From: Takakia lepidozioides
Taxonomy: Eukaryota; Plantae; Bryophyta
Assembly (NCBI GenBank): GCA_030704615.1
Contig: CM060732.1
Coordinates: 27,156,001-27,220,000 of the forward strand
DNA: 64,000 nt
Direction: 5' to 3'
Below the pieces are notes generated by a model. It did no database searches and was not told the DNA's origin. It saw nothing but the letters and a program-made list of their open reading frames with translations. Position numbers and translations under genes: made by a program. Shown here one piece after another: positions 11,353 through 24,300 of the stretch (positions within the stretch are counted from its first letter, which is position 1; each line of letters begins with the position of its first letter).

Positions 11353-14300
11353 GATACAATGTATTATGTGTGTATGATTGACAATTGGTGTACACTAGTT
11401 ACAAAAAGATATGTCAGGAGTGGAAGTCAGGAGTCAGGTGCCATGATGAGCCAAATTAAACATAAAAAAGGTGATGGGATAAATAAAATATGTCAATAAA
11501 TGTTGGGAAGATGCAGGTCAAAGCTCAAGTTTGAACGAGGAGATGGGATATCTTTTAAGACACGATCTCAAAGACGAGCGAAGATTTAAGGGATTGATGA
11601 AGGGCAGTAACGGCCCCAGGAGGTCACCGAGGTACACAAAGTGAGGTCATACACAGACGGAGGCCAATGGCAATGCGGTGACAGAAGACGGGCCCATGGC
11701 CTTGCTCAGGTTCGGTGCAAAATCGCTTCACGTGCCCACAATCGGCCTAACCGCTGCTTACCTCATCTCTATCCCCGTGTTGGAGTTTGGACCTGGAGCT
11801 CCTGAGATCAGCCCAGAAGCCACTGCTTGAATCTGGTACAAAGATTAAGCTCGTGGGTTGCAGTTTAGTTGTCAGATTTCCTCTCAACTACATCTACATA
11901 TAGAGTGCTGGAATTACTAGTATAAACGTATAAACATCCCAGGTGGAGCCATAGATAATAAAAAAGACCTCCTACGCATTAATGGGCATCAGCAGGTGTC
12001 GCAAATACTGAGATGTTTGGCAAGCAATTGTTCCAGGTGTCATGCGGATTTGGAATCGTATGACCCTGTTTAGTACTCTCCAACTAGCCGAGCCCCGATT
12101 GTTGAATGTGTACTAATCTCGTTGCGATGAAAAGCTGGTCTTTGAAGAATTGATTGTTGACCTCATTTATTGCAAGTCAAGTGTCCTTTTTCCGTGGGGC
12201 CCAAAATTTGGGCCTACCTTGAACGAAGGCTGGGCCTTGGGACTAGGGTAGTAGGGCCCCCCTCCTCCACCATACCCACAAATATGCAAATACGGGACTT
12301 GTATCCTGCACGGACTATGGCGTGTAGAGCTAAAAACAAAACCACATCAACGCTTACAGCCTTCTGACGAGTCAACCCACAGTTCAGTGACACGATTTCT
12401 TTGAAACTTGAGAAAGAATCTGGTTTCTAAGTAGTTAGCAAGGTATTCTACAAGCTGGTAGCTTGTAGCTCCGAAACTACGAGTAAAGTAAAAGGTATGA
12501 AGATGGGGTACCCATAACTGGGATTGATACATATAGACTGGTCATTGCCGGAATCAAGGCGGTCGATTATGGCCGGTCCGTAGGCGGAATTGGCCACCTC
12601 AATATGTGAAGTGGAACTTCTTGTGATATGCCAAGCAAACATTCTTTGCACGACACTGTATACTATAATTTCGTCGGCCCAGGGTTCCGACTCCCGAGCA
12701 GAAATCTCATCAAACATAGAGAGTAAACAACGCACGAGAATTTAGTCCATTCTTCGCCGGGTAATAATATTCTAACCCCAGGCTTTTGGCTCAACCGTAC
12801 ATTCAACTTCCTCAACTATCAGCAGTCTAGACTCCAGACATACCTTTTGCACCCGACCTCCATGGTCTAATTATAGTGCGGAGGAGACCACAATATGCCC
12901 CGAAAATGTACTTCACTGTTTCACAACCAACCACAACATACAGCTTCAAAGTCCAACATGTCCTCACGTCAGATTCAGAACTGGGCCACAACACCGTCCC
13001 CAACATGATCTTCTTGTACACAAGTACCCTCATCAACCAGCAACACTCCTCGGTGTACTGTACACATGAGCAGTGCAGAGCAAACTCCGGAACCTTCCAA
13101 GTCCACACTTCCATCGGGATCTGGGCTGCACGCCGTCGCAGCGTGCACCCAACAAACGACGACGACGACGCTGCTCGTGGGCGGGCGTGGCCCTCCACGT
13201 CCCTCCCACTCACTCTTATATGTACATATACGTATTATATTTCCAGAGACCGTATTAGATATATATACGGTGGAGAGTGGGAACCATACTGCAAGTATCG
13301 CCGGAAAAGAGTCAGTTTCGCCACAAACCCGGTTTTTATTATTTTTTGGTATTTTGGGAGAGTGGGCCGGAAAGAAAGTGGGGTGCCCCACCGAAGGGGC
13401 GGGCCATGTGTGGGGCTGCTGCGTACGAGCTTCTGCTCAGGGCCAGAGCTCTGAGAGCAAATGGTTGATCCGAAAGCAAAGGGGGTGTGGGCCGTGTACT
13501 GCGATGCCAAGGAGGGCCCAGGAGACAGGTGAGCAACAACACCAAAGTGCAGGGCAGAGCAGAAGGACGCTCCTGAAAGTAAGATAAGGAATCTCTACGG
13601 AGAGCTTTTCCAACAGGGAACTTGTAGCTAAAGAGTGAGAGCACTGCAAAAGTTAGCAGGAAGAAGGTAAGCTTGTTGCAGGAAGTAGCATCTCCGAGGG
13701 AGGCTGCGAAGATTGTCAAAAGTTTTGGGTCTTGCGCAGAATTTTTGGCGATTGCCGGAGCAATCTACCTGACCCATTCATTCTAACGGTTTCCATGGTG
13801 CTGGAAATAGATAGTGCGGGTCTCAGGTGGATCGAATACCAGCACTGAACTCGTCTTTCACTTGTAGCCGAGCAGACAAAATATCTCCAGAGGTCTCCAG
13901 AAGTGATTGTCTTCAGTGACCACACTGAGATTATGCAGTCTAATAAGCACTAGATTTCAGGGTAATGCGCATGGTAACGTTAGACACATCCGATGGAACA
14001 GCCTGCAGCATGTGGCAATAAAGTTTGAATTGTCGGTGGTTTCGCACGGATGACCCGACCCGGGTGCGCGTCAGCGGGGGACTTGGCATGCCTTACCGGA
14101 CTTGGCCGGCTGAAAATCCGCTTACCATCGGGCCCCAGTTCCATGATCTCGTCTCTATCACACTTCTCTCTCCACAGTATCCGAAGAGGAGGGACGAACG
14201 AATCGATGATGATCATTACCTTCGTGATCTACGCATCGGGCTTCTTGCCCGTGCGGCGAGGAGTTGAACATTGAAAGCGAAAAAGGACTAGATCCTCGCT

Positions 14301-15935
14301 CGAGCAACTAAGACTTTACATTTGCAATCTGCACTCCCTGGATATGTGCATACAAGGATGTACGAGAGCATTGAGGCTTCAGCCCTACAAGTTTGCGAGC
14401 TCAAACTCTTTGAGCGTGAAATGAAAATGCCACACTGGTCAGGCTCTGCTGTGCTTCACTGCCATGTACCAAGCCATTCATGAGCCAACTTAGATCGAAG
14501 GCTGCAGAGTAGTAGCTCGGATATATTAGAAACTTTCGTATTATATCAAATAAAGAGAGCTTATCATGTTATATGTGTCTTGAATATTAATGGAGGAAAT
14601 TAATGGAGTGTGTACGCCATATCCTATGTACAGTTTTGAGATAAACTTTGTCCGAGTCCCTCTTGTGAGATGAACGTGTTGTCGCCAGCCTCGCTCGAGA
14701 TTATGATCTGGACCTCATAATCTCTTGAGACAAAACTTTTAGCCTAAGTCCTAAAGGGTCCTTGAGATTGAAAGTTCACTATTGTTCACTCGCCGACCCA
14801 GTAACACTGTAGTTCGGTCTCTGCCAACCTTCTCGCTTTCAAACGATGCCCACCAGCTCTGGAAACTTCAAAAATCCCATGGCCTGTTGGAATCATTGTG
14901 CCCATGGAGCCATAGGAAAGCCCCTCAGAGCGCTACACTTGCAGCATGGAGGATCGACCGAGGACTCCACTGAGCCCTGTGTCTGCGCCATTCTCTACCA
15001 GCTTAGTGCGCCGTTGCGATCGTTGCCAAAGGAGACCTGAGAGCGGAAATGGACAAGACAAAATTTAGTTAGATCATGTCCTGGGCCATCTTATCCTCAG
15101 ACTTCAGGGATTCAATTAGGTTCAAATTTCCTCAACTATCCTTTCAGACCTCACTGTAGGTGATCATAAGTGGCCCGCGATGTGAACTAATGTAGCATTG
15201 CCTCCAACACCTCTAATTAGATGGATTATTACTTCTACTGCACTTGCTTAGAAAAGTTGCTCTCGATCCAACATTGCAGCTCTGCAGTGAGGAGCCGGCT
15301 TTAGATGTAGCTCTTGTGCAGGTTAAACTCATGACTGTCCCATATATAAGTCCCTGTATCTAGACGGGTTGACCAAGTGAAACGAACGAAGTTTCCCAGA
15401 TACTCAAGTTTGAATTTCACATCAAACGGTTTTAGCAGATGATAGATCTACCGAATCCGGTTTTGGTTAGCCAATGACTTGCACATCCATGGCCACCTAG
15501 GGGGAACTTTGCACACTGAAACCTGCAACGTGAATGGGGCTGCGTCCATTGCACGGCCTCATTGCACGTTCCAATCTCTAACTGCAAAGCTCACGTCCCT
15601 CAATTGAGGGTTAATCCCGTGCTATGCCCAACCACCATGAACCATAGCTCAAAGCACACCGACTTGTCCTTCACATTCAACCTATGTGTTAAATCCTCGC
15701 ATTGAGGGATGGTGCTGGACAGCTATAATTCAAGGATGATGAATTGACAGGTAGCCTCTCCTAGAGGAAGTCCGAGGTCAACACTGTGTCCGTCTGCTGG
15801 CCAAGTGACCCCAGGGACTCCCCCACCTCTCCCACATCTGCACTATACTTACGATGAACCCAGAACACGGACACAAATAAGTGTGCGTTTGCATTCTAGT
15901 GCTACTCTCCAGACAGTGCGTGAGAGTATACCTTG

Positions 15936-16803
15936 TCAATTATCTGAAAGACTCGTCAGGCAGGATGTGCTGCTGCAGCTTGAGCTAGACATGGATGGAG
16001 ATGTGAGTTCAAGCTGACCAGAGGTTGCCCCCAAAAGCTCTTCAATCATCTCTGAGGCGAACTTGTCTTCTTCGCTCATGCAGCTAATACTTGACGGTTC
16101 AGCCTGTTGTGGCGTGCTACTTCCAAACTGCACTTTTCTCACCCAGTTCGATTCAGACTGCCGTCCTGTCTTTTTCTGCCATATCCCGAGGTTTGATTGC
16201 TCAGCGTCCAGGCAAAGACATGTTAGAGACTGTGGCATTCGCGAGTCTTTCTTGCCCGGTTGCATGGGATCTTGGGTGGAAGCCAAGTACCAGCGATGAA
16301 GCTTCGCGCTCAAAGTAGCCGATAACATTTGTGTTGTCGGGCCGTGAGGCGCATTGGGGTCGTATGGAAAATTTGTGCGGGCCCGAATTCCACACATCAA
16401 TCGAGCAGCTTCGTCATATGCACGCGCTGCATCCTCAGCAGTTTCAAAGGTTCCGAGCCACACTCTCGTTTTCCTGCAAACCACGCAAACGAGACGTTTA
16501 ATACGAATTTCACACGCTACACTTGGCGACCTTAGCGATTAGTGATTAGCAATGTCCACCTGCCGGTATTGATTAGACTCGAAGCTGATGCCCTACGATA
16601 GCAAGAAACTTCTGCTACTTCAACTTCTTCCCCACCATCTGTAGTTGCACATCATGGAGAGTCGCAGCGGCAGTTCAGGGGCAGATTCGGGCAATGCTAG
16701 GGGCTAGGAGTACTTGGGTGGTGCCCAGCTGATAGAGGCAGAGCTTATGAGATGGGTCAGTATACGCGCAAGTTCTGAGTTCACCAACACCGGAAGCTCC
16801 AGG

Positions 16804-16838
<35 letters not shown>

Positions 16839-16974
16839 GGGACACATGTGAACTGCCTAGACAGCTTTAGTCTGCGGATGGGTGAGAGACATACAAGAGG
16901 GGATGGCGGATCTCTGAGACCCATGAGCCCCAGTGCCTTTGGCGCACGCCCCTGTACCGCTGTGGACGCCCCAT
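15936..16974 (-). CDS. AP2/ERF transcription factor, group V (SHINE/WIN1-ERF003-like)
   Basis: Exon 1 16974-16895 ([27 protein letters not shown]), phase-2 GT-AG intron, exon 2 16473-15936 ([33 protein letters not shown]). Group-V motifs [24 protein letters not shown] and [14 protein letters not shown]. Confidence 0.93.
16808..16833. repeat. (GA)n microsatellite in the ERF intron
   Basis: gagagagagagagagagagagagaga. Confidence 0.9.
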
Positions 16975-19900
16975 GGGTTTCTCTGGCACCTCAAGATCGC
17001 TGAACCTTCCTTGCAAGCCCCTCCTTGCCCTCACAGAAGACCAAGGAACTATCGCAGCGCCAGCTTCTGTATTTGTAAGGCTGCGCCGCCGCATCCTTTT
17101 CCCCCCTATCACCTGCGCTTTTATTTCACGGCCATCTTTCCCGGGGGCCCTATGACCCCACTTTTGCTGCCATCAACAAACGTGGAACCTCTACATCTGC
17201 ACACACCCATTAAACAATCCTGAAGTTGCTAAGCTTGATTAGTGGTGCCAGAGTTTGGATCATATTACAGCCCTGAAATCAAGGGAAAATTTTAGGCTTG
17301 ATTGGGATTTGGGTTGGGGTAGTAGCACTGTAGGCCATTGACCTTCGCCGCATTGATTACAGAGCTCCTGCTCCTCCTCCACCGGAGATTTGAACTCGCT
17401 CCTTTCTCATTACTGTATTCGCTTGAAATCCTCCACAATCTTGGAGCACAAATTTCCACTGTCATCTTCCTCGATATTCCTCCTCACTGTATTTACGATC
17501 TGTAATTCCTTTTTAGTACTGTCGAATGAGGATTGCTGGGGTATACGTGCAATAACATTCTCGGTGGGATGTGACCAGCGTTTTTTTTTCATTTAAGAAC
17601 TTAAGCCATGTTGGCTCCTGGCTGGCCTATGAGGAAGATCAATTGGCTACTTTGTGGCATGTGATTTCGAACCAGTGGCTACTGTCAAGAATGTTTGATG
17701 AGTTTTATGCAAACTCAACTCATGTCGTGTTCAGTTTGTGGGAGCGACAAGGGAGGTAATTTTTTCTAAGTAACAATGACACTGCATATTGCAAAGCCTA
17801 GCACAACTCTGTGACATGGATACAATCCATTGACAAATATAACTAGGTACTCTTGTCCAAGATCAGCAACTCTGCTCAAAGCCTCCTCTGCCATGTGCCA
17901 GTGCAAGTCTGCTTAAATGGAGGTGCATGACACAGATACTAGGCGGGTAAGCGAAACCTAAACGAGAGTTCCCTCCATAGCTCCACCCCTTGGCGGAAGC
18001 GGAAAGAGTTTGAACCTAAAGCTTTGCTCCTTGTGCTGGCAGTGTGGTAGGGTTTCTAGAAATTGATAGGCAAGATCACCTGGCTCTATCGAACCCGAAT
18101 GGCATGTGGCTCTTTCCATGTGCGACATTTGTATAGGCGACGTCCTCATTGGAGCGACATGATGGCATTAGGGAGGGCAGCGAAACTGCCTTATTTTAAC
18201 CCATAATTCCTTTATAAATTTAGTGAGGCCAATTTCTGGATTGAAAAGTGGCAAAATTTCGCGCAAAAAAAAAACACTGGATGTGACCAAAGGCCGGTGA
18301 GTAGTTATGCATATCTTTTATTAGCGAGAGATTATGGGCACTGTTTGATTGGAGAATCTGTTGAATAGACTACTAGACTGTGTGCTCAAATTGCCTTGAG
18401 GACCCACAAGTCTCTCTGCGGGAGCTCGCACGGTGACGAACCTTCTTTCCTCCTCCAAGGCGAATTTTCGGGAGTGGGAGCCATATGACAGTATCTCTTA
18501 GTATCTTAGGTGCTTTGACCAGCACTTGAGAATTGCCCAACTTCTGACTTTTGCAAGGTGAGGTTGCGAATCAACAGACATCGAATTGCCAATTGAGCTG
18601 TCGCCGACGCCACGAAGTATCAATTGGTTCGAAATGCCAGCCCCCATAAGCAAAGCGAAGAAAGTTTGAAAAACAGTAACTTAATAGACGAATAAGAAGA
18701 AAAAGCTGCAAGTGTCTGTGTGCGGGCCTAAGGGAGTCGTGAAACCGGACGGCGCTAACAAGGACGGACGTTTTGCTCCATCCACCGACAGCTTGCCTCT
18801 GCAATCACCTCTAACTTATTCTCATCGTATGGCAGGAACTGGAGTGTATGAGCTCCGACACAAGTATTCCATGTCTACCGAACATAATAGCGTGGAGACG
18901 GAAACACTGTGCCCACATTCGTCAATCATCAAAATGTGACTGATCTGGCTGGCTAGTGGGTGGCCGAGTCCACCTAGAGATTGATCATTGAAAGGCTGTT
19001 TTCTTCCGGCTTATTGTGTGTGCCACCAACTCAAATCAGCGATGGCTCCACCTTTTGCATCATCCTCACTTGGTACGTTGGCATAAGCTAGCTGAATTAA
19101 AAGCGAATTTCATCTGAACTGGTTGGGAGAAAAAGCCTAGGAGTTTCCGAATGGCAAAGTCCACTGATCATCCTCTCTGGAGCTTACAATCTAAGTAGCT
19201 CCCTGCCCAGGCTCTGAGCTGCTACCAGCTGCCCACGGGTTGAATCATTATTCGTTCAGTGGAATTAGAGACTTTACTCAATTCCCCAGCTGTTATGTTT
19301 GGGTTGTAGGTGAGGAGGACTACATACAAGAGAGTGAGGATCTGAGCAGTGTGCAGAGTGAGCGAGAGACAGAGAGTACAAAAGAGCCCGGGGTGGCAGG
19401 CAGGACACGAGAGGGAGGGATGGGACGCCCAAAAGTCACAAGCCAAAACCGCGTGAGCGTCAGCGTTTGCTAGGCCCACTGCGCTTGTACCCTTCCACCC
19501 TCGCTCCTGCCCAGCACTCTCGAGCTCTCCCACCCACCCCCATTCTTCCATCACTCCTTCACCCCACCTTTTTTGTGGCTGCCAAACACATGCAAAGCTC
19601 GCACATTTTCTTACAATGGGCTCCTACGTTCTAACCCTAACCCTAATAGGGGGCCCTGCATGCCCCTCTAAAATTGGGGCATCCATTACTAAGCCAAGTT
19701 TGCAACGCCGGCGCTGGCCCTTCCCTTTGACTTCTCCCACACACTACTTTTATTTATGGGTCATTGTATTTTTGGGGCACCAGAAAGGTACAGTGAGTGA
19801 GAAATCCACATAAATGAGCCCGGAATCGGTACTAATTGTGGATGTTTTTGGTGTGGGTTGGATTGCTCAATTTATGTAAAGACATTGGAGCTCAATTTAC

Positions 19901-21149
19901 GCCTTCCCAACCAAGTTTGCTTATTTTCGGGTTTTGCCGCCCGTCTCTCAGAGTATTGCATATATTGGGGATTGTTGGGACATAGGACCGCTGCTCTTGA
20001 CCAAGTAGCATGGGAGGCAATACCAAGTGGTAACTTAAAGGCTTAGTAGCTGCACCGGGCAGAGTGCGGAGACTCTTCTGCAGCGTGATTTATCTGGCAG
20101 CCCCAGCCTCCCTCCCCGGCCATTGTACATAATGGAGGTTTATGGACGCATTGAGCCCGCAACATAGCCGGTCATATGCCTTCTCTACCATCCACTTTGC
20201 CGTTACTCTAGCAGGGCATGGGCTAGGGAGGTGATAGGCTAGCCCACGATGAATCCAAAAAAATTCACTTACGCAAAATGCTTCAAACTTACCTAACCAC
20301 CATGTACATACTTGGCCCCAATAAACAGAAACATACAAAGCCATTTGTACCAACCCAAAACATCCAAAACAAAACAGTTTAGTTCCCATTGTTGAAGCAA
20401 CAACAAATATCTATAAAGCGCTATGAACGAATGGTCTCAAATTTCGACAGGGGCAGTCGGTGGGCCTACTGCCCAACTTCCAATATGGAAGGAGAAGACG
20501 AGAACACAGATATACATTCACATTCGTTGGGGCAAGGCCGCGGGCATGGTTCATTGTTTCTTCAAGCCTACTATGTTGCTAAAATTTCTCAAGTAGTTGG
20601 GCAAGACTGGAAATCAAGTGACATGTAGACTTGCACTCCAAGTCCGTTGGAGCGGCTGGTGTAGTCATGTCATGTTGGTTATTGCAGAGGTCGCGTTTAG
20701 CAAACTTGTTTAAACAGTCTACACATACTTAACTTGGACTGAGATTCCTTGTGTTGGAAAATCAGTGTTGTGTAGAGTAGAAACTAGAAACGTAACGATT
20801 ACTATAATAGATCGTGTCCAAAATTCTTTGGGCCTCGGAAAGCCGATGCTGTTCGCTAATTCCATGCGCTGCTGGAAAGTGCCTCCGCCGTCCCTATTGA
20901 AAGGAAGCAAGCCCCATATATTGTCAGAGATCGTGTGTAGAAGTGGCGAGACTATCATGTTGCAAGCAAATTGTATTGTAGGCCGAATAAGAGATCGTGT
21001 ATTGCGGGCACAGAAGAAGAGGGAATAAGATGGAGAGGAGCGGAGGCGAGACGCGAACCAAACAAAACACAAGCGAAGTGACGCGAAGGTGGCTAAAGCA
21101 GGCGCTGGCATGGCAGACGCGCATCCGACATTCTGCAGAGCGCATGTAC

Positions 21150-21320
21150 CCGGGCCATGCACGGCCACGTGCCGGCCACGGCGCGGGTGGGGCCCCCGCA
21201 CATGGCGCTGCGCGCGGGCCCGCACGCGCCCACGCTGGGCCAAGATCCGCGGCCGCTTCGATGTGGATCCGGCAGCCGCCGATCCACCTTGCGACGGCTC
21301 AGATCCAACGGGATTTGAAC
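21150..21320. promoter_or_regulatory. GC-rich cis-element cluster, candidate distal enhancer
   Basis: G-box/ABRE GCCACGTG (~21164), TCP-type GTGGGGCCC, GGGCCC and TGGGCC, octamer GATCCGCG (~21244), MSA-like AGATCCAACGG (21301). Confidence 0.4.
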
Positions 21321-24300
21321 GCTACGACTTGTTGGAGTTGGGCAGCGAACTGTGGATTGGCGCCGCAGTCCCGCCAGCGACGAGAGCGCAGTAAAATACT
21401 TGTGTTGGGCATGCAAGCAGATCATGGGGGGGGGAAGAGACGGTGGGATGGTTGGGTCATTCCGGATTAAGGCGATTCTAGTTATGTAGTGTATTTTGTC
21501 TGGTGCTGGGGTTGTGGCTTTTCATTTATTGCAGCAGCCGATGATAACAACGTAAGCGGGCGGGGGGCCGTCACTGGGGATGGAGTTACTGGCAGAGCTT
21601 CGTCAGAGGCATGAATCACGGCAGTGATGTTTGTGGATCTGATTAAAATGGCGTATGTTAGCCCGGATGACTTCGTAGGTTTTGAAACGCTCGCTAGAAA
21701 AAATCCCTCGTTTCCTGAATCCTGCTTCTTGGTGCCTGCTCTCGTCCACCGGGTTGAAGTCGATGGCCGGTGCCTGGAATGTTGATGATGAATGGAGGTA
21801 GAATGGAATGATAAACACAGAATGAAGGTCGTGCAACTTGGTTTAGGAAATGGGTTCCTGTGATCCGAAGATTAAGAGCTTATTATACTATGAGCTCACT
21901 ACCTCCAGTGCAGGAAAATTCGGGACTTGGCAAAAACTCTTGTTCCCAGACACTGGTCTTCCTTTGGTAACTATTTATAACTATTAGCGTAAGTATTTAG
22001 TCACTCGCTTAGTGGGGTCGATGGCATAATGAACAAAAAACATTGGTACAGGCAGGTACGTATTGACTTTAACAGTAGCGGTCCGTGGATGAGGTGATAG
22101 ACAGTAATTACCACTTGTACATGTTGCGTGTACTTTCAAATCATACAAGCGAGATCCATCCTGCTATTATAACAGGGAGGAACTGTCAATGAGTACACGC
22201 TCTACAATGTTCAACTGGGCCTTTCCACGATCCATTGCACTGCTTATACCCTGCCGCCAAGGCGGGCGGAAGAGTCTAGAAATCATTCCATTTCGTGTTG
22301 AGGAATGGATCGGCTAGCGGCAGCATCTCAATGGGTATGACTCATGAAGAGTGACGGTGAGGAAGGAAAGTAATGATGGCCATCTACGTACATGTGTGTA
22401 TTTGAACGTCACTGGAAGACTTGTATGCTTGCTTACACAGCCTTGCTTTGGCCATAATTACACAACATGCTTTGCAGATGGATGAATGAGATGATTTTCC
22501 TCCAGGGTTTGCAGTTTGCAGGTGTGTGTGTTCCCTCTTTGTCAACCAAGCCAACAGGAATCATTGAGTAAAATGACCGCTTCTCATCGCAACTCGAGCG
22601 AGCTCAGAGAATACCTCAGAGATTCCTGCAACGAAAAACAAAAGTTGCAGCACTGCCCGCAGCTGAGCGTGAACTGACACCCCTTGTGCGAGTCAAAGTG
22701 AAGAGCCAAGGTGCTGCGATTCTTTTGGTTCCGACAAATTTACCAGAAAGGAGCTGTGCATTCAATCGCGGGGGGTGCTGCACAAGTGCCTCGCAATGTG
22801 CCGAAATGCTCGCCGCCATGTACGCCATTTCGGGGACTAATTTTGCTATCACCACCTTCTTTCACGATCAATATATATCAGGACTCGTGTCTGCGTTGAA
22901 GACGTCTGGAGTTCTAATCTCTGAAGCTGATGACCAAGGTAGTGTGGACTGTGGACCATCATCATAACCCGGCTAAGAAATGAAGTCGTCGTCTCTGGGT
23001 TGTTTCATTTGAGCCTTCAGCAGACGGTAGGCTCTCTGCTTTTAGTCTGGATCCGCAGGAGGTTACTAAGACATTTTAAATGGAAACCTAGTAGTAGCGA
23101 CAAGGCAATGTCTAGACAAGTACCTACGAGAGCTGCAACACGTTCGGTGAGAGGGGCAGGCACAAGGAAGGGAGCGGAGATGGCGGCTCTGACAGGGAGC
23201 GGCGGGCTTGTGGGTCCGGATACCTCGGGTTAGGCATTGGCGCGCTGCGGGTTAGTTAGATGCAGCAAATTTGGCTTGCAATTTGCCGCTCCCTGGACCA
23301 GTCGGGTTGAAGCGTGATCGTCGTCCTCGAAATACGCAGTTTGATGGCTGCGCTATATTTGAGGAAGCCGCCAACCCACTGCGCTACGTACTCGGCGTCT
23401 CTTTGGCACCTTGGCCTTCGCCTACTCCCGTCCTTTGCCCTTTTCCTTGCATTCAGGTTGCCAATCACAAAGCTTCAAGCTGCTTTTGAGCACCACTTTC
23501 CTAGTGATAGGGAGGTCAAGCACTGAAATTTGAATATGTGTATGCGAGTGAATTGTGGAACTTCCGTTCCCACGGCCCCAGCACACAGATCTCTTTGAAC
23601 AGATTATAGCTGCGACCTCTGTAAGAGACGCTTGCTACTCTGAGACACCATCAAAACCACTAGGTTTCAACAATGTTATGTACTTCTCCATTTCTATATC
23701 CAGATTGCTACCTGGAAAATGAATCACCTTGCACATCTTATGAGTTCGTGAGCCCAATCTTCTCCCTGGGCCCCCAAAGTACACCTGTATATAAAACTAT
23801 TGAGAATCATTACCTGCGATAATGTCACAGGAAGGGATCCGGTCCTTTGTCTAAGATGTGGTGGAGAACCCAACGCATAGACATTGTCCTTGGGTTCAGG
23901 GCCAACATATGTTTTGATATTCTGCTTCATTTGAGGTCAAAGGGAGCCTGACATGTTCATGCCAAATGAAGGTAGCCCTTCAAAATATTGCAAATTTGCA
24001 TGTATATGTGCCAAATATAGCCTCAAGTTTGTGGTTCATATTTCAATAACCACATCTTAGTTTTTAAGCATCCAAGACTGACCACCTGCAAGTCCTGTCT
24101 TTACTATTTTCCAAATGATTCCTACCATCATTAGTCCACAAGTGTGCAACTTCTCAACTGCTGAAAAGGTCTGGTGTGAGTGTGCTTGGCACACTTGTTC
24201 GGGTAATAATGCACAGACCAAAATGTGGGAAGTGATGGTTGGGGGCATTCCCCTTCTGCTGAGTGAAACATTCATTCTTCTCTCCTGCACAGTATATTCC

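Noticed and set aside
14694-15710. Short hairpins at 14694-14729 and 15597-15709 as miRNA precursors
   Set aside because: The stems are too short or interrupted for a plant pre-miRNA; more likely MITE debris.
19631-19646. ctaaccctaaccctaa as an interstitial telomere or telomerase template
   Set aside because: Only about 2.5 units, compatible with a telo-box-like motif or chance; no Pol III promoter or other telomerase RNA features seen.
20719-21470. Overlapping 100-174 aa ORFs
   Set aside because: Explained by stop-codon scarcity in a GC island; no domain or splice support.
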